The notes under the pieces: model-generated
The model's input: the letters and a program-made list of their open reading frames with translations, nothing else
The model's database searches: none
What the model was told of the DNA's origin: nothing
NCBI RefSeq assembly: GCF_001462395.1
Contig: NZ_LNTB01000001.1
Location: 1,469,249-1,501,248, forward strand
DNA length: 32,000 nucleotides
Source of the DNA: Pyrodictium occultum
GTDB lineage: Archaea; Thermoproteota; Thermoprotei_A; Sulfolobales; Pyrodictiaceae
Reading direction: 5' to 3'
Made by a program: the position numbers and the translations under genes
Shown here: positions 7,525 through 14,907 of the stretch, one piece after another
How positions within the stretch are numbered: position 1 is the stretch's first letter
Layout: the number at the start of each line of letters is the position of its first letter

Positions 7525-8616
7525 TCAGCCGGCACTTCTCCTCGTCTTGGCCAGCGTGTCCTCAAGCCAGCGTATAGCGTTTATGTAGACCCTCACCGCC
7601 AGGTCTAGCTCCGCCAGCGTCACCTCCTCGTGCCGCGTGTGGCTCAGCTCGCTCCTTCCCGGGCCGTAGGCGGCGATGCTCCCGGCCACCCTGTAGAGTA
7701 TGTTCATGTCGCTTGTCCCGGCCTTCAGCACGGGCTGGGCCCGGTAGCCCTCGGCTAGAAGGCCGCGCATCAGCGCCCTGGCGGCGGGGCTGCCCGGCCT
7801 AACGGCTACCGGTGGGAGCCAGCTGCCCGGCTTCTCCGCCCAGCAGCCCTCGGGGAGCCTCCGCCCCAGCTTCTCGAGGGCCTCCTCTAGACTCCCGCCT
7901 GGCGGTATGCGGAGGTCCACCACCAGCGTCGCCTCGTCGGCTACCACGTTGCCGCCGGAGCCACAGCTCATAGCGGTCACGGTGTAGGTATAGCCCCTCG
8001 CGGTGGCCTCGCTCAGCTCCTCCACCGCCTGGTAGGCCTCCACCACGAGGCTGCAGGCGCTCCTGTAGAGCCAGCTGCTGCTCGCGTGCCCCGGCTCGCC
8101 GAGGCAGTGGACCCGGAGCCTGGCGCCGCCGCGGTAGCCTATAGCCACCTTAGTCGTGTTAGTTGGCTCCCCTATTATGACGGCGTCCGCCCTCCACCCC
8201 GTCTTCACGAGGTGCCATGCGCCGTGGCTGGGCCCCTCCTCGCCCACGGCCGCCACGACCTCGACCACCGCCCTCCTCGGCCGGTAGAGGGAGGCGGCGG
8301 CCACCATGGCTGCCAGCGGGGCCTTAGCGTCCACAGCCCCCCGGCCCCTCACCACGCAGGGCGGGCTGGCTGGCTCGACCCAGCCTGGCACAGTGTCTAT
8401 GTGGCTGACCAGCGCTATCCTGGGAGGCTCCTCGACCCGCTCCATGGGCTCAACTAGGAGCCTGGCGTTCCCCGCATCGTCTAGGTAGGCCTGGCTGTAG
8501 CCGAGCCGCCAGGCCTCCTCGACCAGCAGCCTGGCGGCGTCCCTCTCCATGAAGGTGGGGCTGTAGGCCTCGACCAGGGACTGGAGCAGCCTAGCCGCCC
8601 TGGAGCCGTAGTACAC
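7525..8616 (-). CDS. lysK: [LysW]-lysine/[LysW]-ornithine hydrolase (M20 peptidase, ArgE/LysK family), 363 aa
   Basis: M20 family pattern (IALVSHIDTVPG, GRGAVDAKAP, EEGPSHGA). It is the last gene of the lysWXJK array. Its start overlaps the lysJ 3' end by 26 nt. Confidence 0.85.
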   Translation of the reverse strand: MYYGSRAARLLQSLVEAYSPTFMERDAARLLVEEAWRLGYSQAYLDDAGNARLLVEPMERVEEPPRIALVSHIDTVPGWVEPASPPCVVRGRGAVDAKAPLAAMVAAASLYRPRRAVVEVVAAVGEEGPSHGAWHLVKTGWRADAVIIGEPTNTTKVAIGYRGGARLRVHCLGEPGHASSSWLYRSACSLVVEAYQAVEELSEATARGYTYTVTAMSCGSGGNVVADEATLVVDLRIPPGGSLEEALEKLGRRLPEGCWAEKPGSWLPPVAVRPGSPAARALMRGLLAEGYRAQPVLKAGTSDMNILYRVAGSIAAYGPGRSELSHTRHEEVTLAELDLAVRVYINAIRWLEDTLAKTRRSAG

Positions 8617-9757
8617 AGTCCGCCACTCCCCGCGCCAGCGCCTCCACGTCCTTCCCGGCCAGCAGGTAGGGGGGCAGGAGCCGTACCACGGTGGAGCCGG
8701 CCTTGAGGGCTAGTATCGCCTTCTCCTCCTGGAGGCAGCGGAGAACCGGGTCGGGCCGGAGCCTCAGCTCCACCCCGATCATGAGACCCATTCCCTTCAC
8801 CCTCCTAACCACCCTGGCCCCTTCCAGCATCTCCTCCAGTATGCCGCGGAGCCTTGCCCCCTTCTCCGCCGCCTGCTCCGGCACCCTCTCCTCGACGAGT
8901 ACCCTGCTGGCCGCGGCCACGGCCTTCATAGCCATAGGGTTGCCGCCGTAGGTGCTGCCGTGGAAGCCCGGGGGGAGCTTCTCCGCCACCCAGCCCGGCA
9001 CCGCAACCATGCTGACCGGGAAGCCTCCCCCGATGGCCTTGCCCGCGGCTAGTATGTCGGGCTCTACTCCGTAGTGCTCGTGGGCCCAGACCCTCCCGGT
9101 GCGGCCGAACCCCGTCTGGACCTCGTCGACGACCAGCAGGCAGCCCGCCTCGTCGCACCTCCTCCTAAGCTCCTTCATGAACTCGGGGGTGGCGGGGTTC
9201 ACGCCGCCCTCGCCCTGTATGGGCTCCACTATCGCGGCGGCCGTGTCCTCCCCTATAGCCTTGTCAAGGTCCTCGGGGTGGTTGAACCTGGCCCTCCTGG
9301 TCCCCGGGATCAGGGGCTCGTAGCCCTTCCGGTAGAGGGGGTTGCTCGAGGTGACGGAGAGCGCACCCATCGTTCTCCCGTGGAAGCTGCCGGTGAAGTA
9401 GACTATCCCCCTCCGGCCGGTCACCCGGCGCGCTATCTTCAGCGCGAGCTCCACGGCCTCCGCGCCGCTGTTAAGCAGCGTCACGTACTCCATCCTACCA
9501 GGCAGCAGGGGGGTGAGGGCCTCGAGCATCTCCTCGAGCCACGGCCCCGCCATCCCCGGCGGCGCGACCATAACGGTGTCCAGCGCCTCGCGGAGAGCCT
9601 CCACTATCCTCGGGTGCCGGTGGCCCAGGAACGCCACCCCGTGGCCCGTGTGGGCGTCGAGGTAGCGACGGCCCTCAAGGTCCCAGATATACTGGCCCTG
9701 GGCCCTCGCGACCCGGAGCCCGCGGGGAGCGTAGAAGTGGAGGTAGCGGAGTACCAA
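8591..9757 (-). CDS. lysJ: Class-III PLP aminotransferase: [LysW]-aminoadipate semialdehyde / acetylornithine aminotransferase, 388 aa
   Basis: Motifs SGAEAVELALKIAR, DEVQTGFGRTG and AAGKAIGGGFP (PLP lysine) are present. The gene sits between lysX and lysK. Confidence 0.9.
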   Translation of the reverse strand: MVLRYLHFYAPRGLRVARAQGQYIWDLEGRRYLDAHTGHGVAFLGHRHPRIVEALREALDTVMVAPPGMAGPWLEEMLEALTPLLPGRMEYVTLLNSGAEAVELALKIARRVTGRRGIVYFTGSFHGRTMGALSVTSSNPLYRKGYEPLIPGTRRARFNHPEDLDKAIGEDTAAAIVEPIQGEGGVNPATPEFMKELRRRCDEAGCLLVVDEVQTGFGRTGRVWAHEHYGVEPDILAAGKAIGGGFPVSMVAVPGWVAEKLPPGFHGSTYGGNPMAMKAVAAASRVLVEERVPEQAAEKGARLRGILEEMLEGARVVRRVKGMGLMIGVELRLRPDPVLRCLQEEKAILALKAGSTVVRLLPPYLLAGKDVEALARGVADCVLRLQGG

Positions 9758-9796
9758 GACCCTCTACGCCTCCCCCCTGGAGGTGGTGCCCCGGGC

Positions 9797-10657
9797 CTAG
9801 CGGCGGGCCAGCTCGAGGAGGTAATCCACTATCTCGGCCGCCACGTCCACCCCGGTGACCGCCACCGTGTTCTTGAACTCTGGCACCGGGTTGACCTCGT
9901 TCACCAGGTAGCCCCGCTCCGGGTCCTCGAAGAGGTCTACCCCGGCTATCTCCAGGCCCACGGCCTCCGCAGCCCGTACCGCCAGCTCGCCCAGCTCCCC
10001 CTCGACCGGCGCCGGCTCGGCCTTCCCCCCGCGCGCCGTGTTTGTGATCCAGTGGCTGGAGTACCTGTAGATAGCCGCCACGGGCCTACCACCCACCACG
10101 GTGACCCTTATGTCGCGTCCCGGCTTCCTCACATACTCCTGGATCAAGTGGACCTTCATCTCGGGCTGCGGCATGTACTCCCTATGTTCCAGGATCACAC
10201 GGAGATCCTCCCAGTCGTCGGCCAGCGCCACCATCCTTCCCCAGCTCCCGTTGGTGGGCTTCACCACGACCGGGTAGCCTATCTCATCCGCGAGCCTCCC
10301 GGCAGCCTCGGAGCCGAACGCGACCCCGGTGACAGGGGTGGGAATCCCCGCGGCGCGCAGGAGAGCCAGGCTCCACACCTTGTCGTTGGCGGCGGCGGTG
10401 GCCTGGCCCCGGTTCACCACCCGCAGCCCGAGGCTCTCCAGGACAAGGCTGGAGGAAACGGCGACGTAGTGGCTCACACTCCTCTGGAGCACCACGCCCG
10501 GCAGCTTCCCGCCCAGCTCCCTGTCTCCTATAACAGCGTGAAAGCTGGAGAGATGGATGAGCGTGATATCGGCTCCCCGCTTCCTGGCGGCAGAGGCTAT
10601 GGACTTCTCCTCCCACCTAGCCACCATGTACGCCATGCCTATCTTGGCCAACCCCAT
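9797..10657 (-). CDS. lysX: RimK/ATP-grasp ligase: alpha-aminoadipate (and/or glutamate)--LysW ligase, about 286 aa
   Basis: ARWEEKSI N-terminus plus ATP-grasp motifs (VVKPTNGSWGRMV, VNEVNPVPEF). I prefer the ATG at 10657 because GGAGG precedes it with a 4-nt spacer. The ORF track extends to an in-frame TTG at 10690. Confidence 0.85.
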   Translation of the reverse strand: MGLAKIGMAYMVARWEEKSIASAARKRGADITLIHLSSFHAVIGDRELGGKLPGVVLQRSVSHYVAVSSSLVLESLGLRVVNRGQATAAANDKVWSLALLRAAGIPTPVTGVAFGSEAAGRLADEIGYPVVVKPTNGSWGRMVALADDWEDLRVILEHREYMPQPEMKVHLIQEYVRKPGRDIRVTVVGGRPVAAIYRYSSHWITNTARGGKAEPAPVEGELGELAVRAAEAVGLEIAGVDLFEDPERGYLVNEVNPVPEFKNTVAVTGVDVAAEIVDYLLELARR

Positions 10658-10811
10658 GCATCCTCCCATCCAGGTAGTGGGGCCGTGCAACCGCCATCCG
10701 CGGGGACAAGCCCCGGGAGGAGAGGCACCCGGCCCGCGGGCTCCGGGACCAGGCCCCTCTCCTCGGTGAAAGGCTCTGGGCGGAGCGGTGGCTTCTCCGA
10801 GGCCCCTCCCG

Positions 10812-10985
10812 CTACTCGCCCCAGTCCTCGCCGACGCCCTCGAAGGGCCTCAGCTCTATGCTGCCGTCATCCCTCTTGACGACCTCCAGGGTGACGCCGC
10901 AGTCGTGGTCTATCAGCTCGCCGGGCATGGCGTCGTCGGGGACCTCTACGGGGCCACCGCACACGGGGCACTTGAGTGTCGGCAT
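10812..10985 (-). CDS. lysW: LysW/ArgW amino-group carrier protein, 57 aa (absent from the supplied ORF track)
   Basis: My translation of the minus strand is MPTLKCPVCGGPVEVPDDAMPGELIDHDCGVTLEVVKRDDGSIELRPFEGVGEDWGE-stop. It has an N-terminal CxxC...HxC zinc-ribbon and the signature C-terminal EDWGE tail. It lies directly upstream of lysX. Confidence 0.9.
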   Translation of the reverse strand: MPTLKCPVCGGPVEVPDDAMPGELIDHDCGVTLEVVKRDDGSIELRPFEGVGEDWGE

Positions 10986-11295
10986 ACCGTGCCACCCGGG
11001 GGGAGCCGGGGCCGCGATTAGCCCTAATAATGCTGTCCCTTTTCGTGCAGTACGGATTCATCTACCGGCCTGAACGGTATCCGCACCAGCCGATAGAGTG
11101 GTGCTCCTCGTTCCCCCTGCTTGGAGGGACCGATCTAAACTGGAGCCCCGGCTAGAACCCGTCAAGGTGCACTAATTGTTGCTCTGAGCAGCTTCTGGTG
11201 CAGCCAGCGGGGCTCCGCCGTGGCTTGGTGCGGTGGGCGTACCAGACCCCTAAAACCCCCTGGCTCGGGGCTGGGCCCTGGGTGCCGCTGCCGGG

Positions 11296-12354
11296 ATGGC
11301 CTACCGGGTCGCTGTCCTGGGGGCGTCGGGCTACACGGGAGGGGAGCTGCTCCGGCTGCTGGCCCTCCACCCCGAGGTAGAGGTTGTAGCTGCCACCTCC
11401 AGGGAGTATGCCGGCAAGCCGGTGCACTTCGTCCACTTCAATCTCCGGGGCTGGTACCGGGGGCTCCGCTTCACGCCCTTCAGCGTCGACGCGGTGCTGA
11501 AGAGCGAGGCCGATGTGGTGTTCTCGGCCCTCCCCCACGGCGTGGGGCTAGAGTACACTAAGACCTTCTACGAGTCCGGCCTCACCGTGGTGGACCTCAG
11601 TGCCGACTACCGCCTCAGGAACCCCGAGGCCTACAAGACCTGGTACGGGTTCGAGCACCCCTACCCCGACCTGCTCGAGAAGGCGGTCTACGGGCTCCCC
11701 GAGCTCCACAGGGAGGAGCTGAGAGGAGCCAGGCTGATAGCATCCCCCGGCTGCAACGCCACCGCGGCCATACTTGCGCTCGCACCTCTCGCCAAGGAGA
11801 GGCTGGTGGACCTCTCCAGGATAATAGTCGATGTGAAGGTGGGGAGCAGCGAGGGGGGCTCGAAGCCCACTAGGGGCAGCCACCACCCTGAGAGGGAGAA
11901 CGCGATAAGGCCCTACGAGCCCCGGGGCCACCGGCACGCAGCCGAGGCGGAGCAGGAGTTATCCCGGCTAGCCGGCTCAGAGGTCAGGGTCTCCCTCATC
12001 CCCCACGCAGTCTCCTCGATAAGGGGCGCCCTGGCCAGCGGCCACGCCTGGCTCTTGAGAGAGGTGGAGGAGCAGACGCTGCTGCGGCTCTACGCCGGCT
12101 TCTACCGCGACAGCCCCTTTGTACGCCTGGTCCACGGCACTCCCCCGGGCTATCCCGACCCGAAGTACGTGGCCGGCAGCAATTACGCTGACGTGGGGTT
12201 CGCGCTCGAGAAGAGGCTGGGCAGGGTGACGGGCTTCGCCGCCATAGACAACCTGGTTAAGGGCGCTGCCGGCCAGGCAGTGCAGGCCTGGAACATAGCA
12301 GCAGGGCTCCCCGAGGACACGGGGCTCCGCCTGCCCCCGCTCAAGCCAGCCTAG
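11296..12354 (+). CDS. lysY: [LysW]-aminoadipyl/glutamyl-phosphate reductase (N-acetyl-gamma-glutamyl-phosphate reductase family), 352 aa
   Basis: VAVLGASGYTGGELLRLL NAD-binding N-terminus and the SPGCNATA active-site Cys motif of the ArgC family. The gene is divergent from lysW. Confidence 0.9.
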   Translation: MAYRVAVLGASGYTGGELLRLLALHPEVEVVAATSREYAGKPVHFVHFNLRGWYRGLRFTPFSVDAVLKSEADVVFSALPHGVGLEYTKTFYESGLTVVDLSADYRLRNPEAYKTWYGFEHPYPDLLEKAVYGLPELHREELRGARLIASPGCNATAAILALAPLAKERLVDLSRIIVDVKVGSSEGGSKPTRGSHHPERENAIRPYEPRGHRHAAEAEQELSRLAGSEVRVSLIPHAVSSIRGALASGHAWLLREVEEQTLLRLYAGFYRDSPFVRLVHGTPPGYPDPKYVAGSNYADVGFALEKRLGRVTGFAAIDNLVKGAAGQAVQAWNIAAGLPEDTGLRLPPLKPA

Positions 12355-12377
12355 AGAGGGAGAGGGGTGCCGGTGGA

Positions 12378-13199
12378 GTGGCAACCCTGGTGGTCAAGGC
12401 CGGCGGCAGAGCCCTCATGGCCAACATGGATAACATAGTAGCCTCCGTAGCCTCCGCCGCCAGGCGGGGCCACCGCCTGGTGTTCGTCCACGGGGGAGGC
12501 GACCTGGTGACGGAGTACGAGAAGAGGCTCGGCATAGAGCCCAGGTTCGTGACCAGCCCCCAGGGGGTGAGGAGCAGGTACACGACGAGGGAGGAGCTGG
12601 AGGTCTTCGTAATGGTGCTCGGCGGCCTCCTCAATAAGAGAATCTGCAGCCGGCTCGCAAGCCTGGGGGCCAGGCCGGTAGGCCTCACGGGCGTCGACGG
12701 CCTAGTGCTCCAGGCCGAGAGGAGGCGGAGGATAGTAGTCCTGGACCCCGAGACCGGGAGGAAGCGCGTCGTTGAAGGCGGCTACACCGGGAGGATAACC
12801 AGCGTAGACACGGGCTTCCTCGAGAAGCTTCTCGATAACGGCTACACTCCCGTGGTAGCCCCCATAGCCTTCGACCCCCGGGAGGCCACGCTACTCAACG
12901 TCGACGGCGACCAGGCCGCGGCGCGAATAGCGGCAGCCCTCCACGCCGACGCGCTCATAGTGCTCACCGACGTCGACGGCCTGCTCCTCGACGGGAGGCT
13001 CGTCGAGAGGCTCACAGTCAGCGAGGCCCGGAGGCTGCTGGAGGAGGGCCGAGTAGGCGCGGGGATGAACAGGAAGCTCTACGAGATAGCCCGGGCGGTC
13101 GAGGAGGGCGTAGCCCGTGCAGTGATAACCAGCGCCTCCCAGCCCGACCCGGTTCAGCGCGGGCTAGAAGGCAGAGGCACTGTCGTCGAGAAGGGCTAG
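12378..13199 (+). CDS. lysZ: [LysW]-aminoadipate/glutamate kinase (acetylglutamate kinase family), 273 aa
   Basis: Amino-acid-kinase fold motifs VVKAGGRAL, FVHGGG and NVDGDQAA are present. GTG start lies 23 nt after the lysY stop. Confidence 0.9.
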   Translation: MATLVVKAGGRALMANMDNIVASVASAARRGHRLVFVHGGGDLVTEYEKRLGIEPRFVTSPQGVRSRYTTREELEVFVMVLGGLLNKRICSRLASLGARPVGLTGVDGLVLQAERRRRIVVLDPETGRKRVVEGGYTGRITSVDTGFLEKLLDNGYTPVVAPIAFDPREATLLNVDGDQAAARIAAALHADALIVLTDVDGLLLDGRLVERLTVSEARRLLEEGRVGAGMNRKLYEIARAVEEGVARAVITSASQPDPVQRGLEGRGTVVEKG

Positions 13200-13288
13200 G
13201 AGGCCAGGAGGGCTTCGGCCGTCCCTCGCCCACCTCACCGCCCGGGGGGGCTCGGCGGCCCATCAGGGCGGCTGCAGCCCTCCACACG

Positions 13289-13302
13289 GCCCCTGGGGGT
13301 GG
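13289..13302. repeat. Left copy of the direct repeat GCCCCTGGGGGTGG (19/21 match if extended to 13282)
   Basis: Identical 14-mer at 13571-13584. The 7 nt to the left match at 5/7 positions (CCACACG vs CTACACT). Confidence 0.85.
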
Positions 13303-13319
13303 TGCGTAGCCTACCGTTT

Positions 13320-13372
13320 CTCCCTAGATGTTCATCCCAATTTTATATGGGTTTATGTTTGCATCTAGGGAG
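13320..13372. other. Perfect 11-bp inverted repeat (CTCCCTAGATG / CATCTAGGGAG) with a 31-nt AT-rich loop containing TTTTATAT
   Basis: Base-by-base pairing of 13320-13330 with 13362-13372 was verified by hand. Confidence 0.8.
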
Positions 13373-13382
13373 TTCCACCTCG

Positions 13383-13410
13383 CCCATAACTCTTTCCTTA
13401 GAGTTATGGG
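13383..13410. other. Perfect 11-bp stem / 6-nt loop hairpin (CCCATAACTCT-TTCCTT-AGAGTTATGGG)
   Basis: Pairing of 13383-13393 with 13400-13410 was verified by hand. Confidence 0.8.
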
Positions 13411-13556
13411 GTCATGGGTGGCTGTCGAGCCCAACGGCACGGGGCTCCCATCCAAGATCTTATGCCCTGAGGGGCTTGGAGCACTGCCCCCATCACCCCC
13501 CAGGGTTTTCAGGTATAACATTTAAACATCAACCAATATAAACTTTCCAACAACAA

Positions 13557-14759
13557 TCAAAAACTACACTGCCCCTGGGGGTGGAAAAGCTCCACCAGTA
13601 TAGCCTCTATCATCTTCTCTGCCTCGCCTGCGAGCCTCTCCAGGTGCCCCGCCGCGGTCCTCAGCCTCTCGCTCAGCAGGAGCTGCAGGGCGTCCTCCTC
13701 GCTCAGCCCCCTGCTCTCCAGGTAGAAGAGCTGCTCCCCCGATATCCTGTACTCGGCCGCGCGGTGGCTGGCCTCCTCCACGTCGCCCGTGTCTATCTCC
13801 AGGAAGGGCATGGTGTAGCCCTTAGCCTTCTCGCCTATCACGAGCACCTCGGCCTCGAAGACTGTGCTACTGCCGCGGGCGCTCTCCTTTATGCTTGCAA
13901 GCCCCCTAGCCGACACCAGGCTCTCATCCAGCGCGAACCCGTAGACCCTCACACGGCTCCTGCTCCCAGCGCCCTGGTGGATTGTATCGGCTATCATGTC
14001 CAGCCTCTGCCTCCACCTGCCCACGGCCGCGCCGTAGTGGGTGTAGCTGGAGCCGTTGGCCAGCCTCGTCTCCTCCTCCACACGGTGCATGGCGGAGCCC
14101 AGCGCTATGGTGGCGGAGCGCAGCTCGGCACCATGCAGCACCAAGCGGCGGCCCATCAGCGCGTGGACGGCCTCCTCCGGCGCCCTCGCCAGGGTGAACA
14201 GCTCAAGCTTCGCCTTCTCCCCTACCAGCATCTCCACAGCGGTGGAGCCGCTGGAGGAGGGCCTATTGTCCAGCACCAGGCCGGCCTCAACCCCCGGCAT
14301 CACTGCTACGAGTAGATGGCTGCTGGCCCAGACGCCGCGCGGCCCGCAGACTGCCACCTTGTAGACGCCGGGCTCCCGGATCTCCAGCACGTAGGCTTCC
14401 CGGAGGAACGCGTAATGTGCGGCTGTAAGCCTGCTCTCATCCGGATGCAGCATCGAGGCGAAGAACCTGGCTAGCTCGCTAGGCGCCTCCTCTAGCCTAT
14501 AGACGCGGATGCCCCCGGCAGCGCCGCCCCCGCAGCCTATAGCCGCGTCATAGCCCTCCAGCCCCCTTCCAGCCCCGGCGCCGGCCCCCACTGCCTGGGG
14601 CTCGCTGAGCGCCTTCTCCAGCTTCTCCTCGAACAGCTTCCAGTCCGTATAGTACTTGGTCGTCGGGGAGTCAGCTATGTGCTGCCAGGGCAGCTTGTCG
14701 AGAAGGCTCCTAGCCCTCTCCCTAGCCTCCTCCAGGCCGGCTACAGCCTGCCTCGACAC
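13557..14759 (-). CDS. sufD: Fe-S cluster assembly protein SufD, 400 aa
   Basis: SufB/SufD-family C-terminal beta-helix region (EAEVLVIGEKAKGYTMPFLEIDTGDVEEASHRAAEYRISGEQLFYLESRGLSEEDA). It is the third gene after sufC and sufB. GTG start. Confidence 0.85.
   Translation of the reverse strand: MSRQAVAGLEEARERARSLLDKLPWQHIADSPTTKYYTDWKLFEEKLEKALSEPQAVGAGAGAGRGLEGYDAAIGCGGGAAGGIRVYRLEEAPSELARFFASMLHPDESRLTAAHYAFLREAYVLEIREPGVYKVAVCGPRGVWASSHLLVAVMPGVEAGLVLDNRPSSSGSTAVEMLVGEKAKLELFTLARAPEEAVHALMGRRLVLHGAELRSATIALGSAMHRVEEETRLANGSSYTHYGAAVGRWRQRLDMIADTIHQGAGSRSRVRVYGFALDESLVSARGLASIKESARGSSTVFEAEVLVIGEKAKGYTMPFLEIDTGDVEEASHRAAEYRISGEQLFYLESRGLSEEDALQLLLSERLRTAAGHLERLAGEAEKMIEAILVELFHPQGQCSF
13571..13584. 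repeat. Right copy of the direct repeat GCCCCTGGGGGTGG, inside the sufD 3' end
   Basis: Identical to 13289-13302. On the minus strand it encodes the H-P-Q-G of the sufD C-terminus. Confidence 0.85.
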
Positions 14760-14907
14760 TACTGCCTCACCCTCTTCTCTACCCGGAACCCTGCGCCGAC
14801 ACGCGCGTCTCGCACTAGGGTGCAGCCCATGGGCCCCTCGGCCACCCTGGAAAAGGTGTGTGGGGGGTCCTGGGCCCCTGTGCCTCCAGGGGGCTCCCCG
14901 GGGCGTG

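Larger units (their letters stand above)
13303..13570. other. AT-rich 268-bp segment bracketed by the direct repeat; candidate inserted non-autonomous element and/or small RNA locus
   Basis: There is an abrupt GC drop relative to lysZ and sufD. The segment has two perfect hairpins, TATA-like tracts, and no convincing ORF. It supplies the last four codons and the stop of sufD. Confidence 0.45.

Noticed and set aside
9074-10879. 601-aa plus-strand ORF, the longest in the track
   Set aside because: It is entirely antisense to lysJ, lysX and part of lysW, which have strong family motifs. Its translation is Pro/Arg/Gly/His-rich low complexity with no motifs. This is a typical stop-codon-poor antisense frame in GC-rich DNA.
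11030-11158. 42-codon ATG ORF in the lysW/lysY divergent region
   Set aside because: I see no SD or TATA context, an unremarkable sequence and no similarity I can recognise. It is probably chance, and I keep it only as a note in case ribosome profiling says otherwise.
13299-13541. Three ORFs of 65-80 aa inside the AT-rich insert
   Set aside because: I see no start context, no recognisable domain and mutually overlapping frames. Perfect hairpins cut across them. Non-coding or remnant DNA is the better explanation, but I cannot exclude a small protein.
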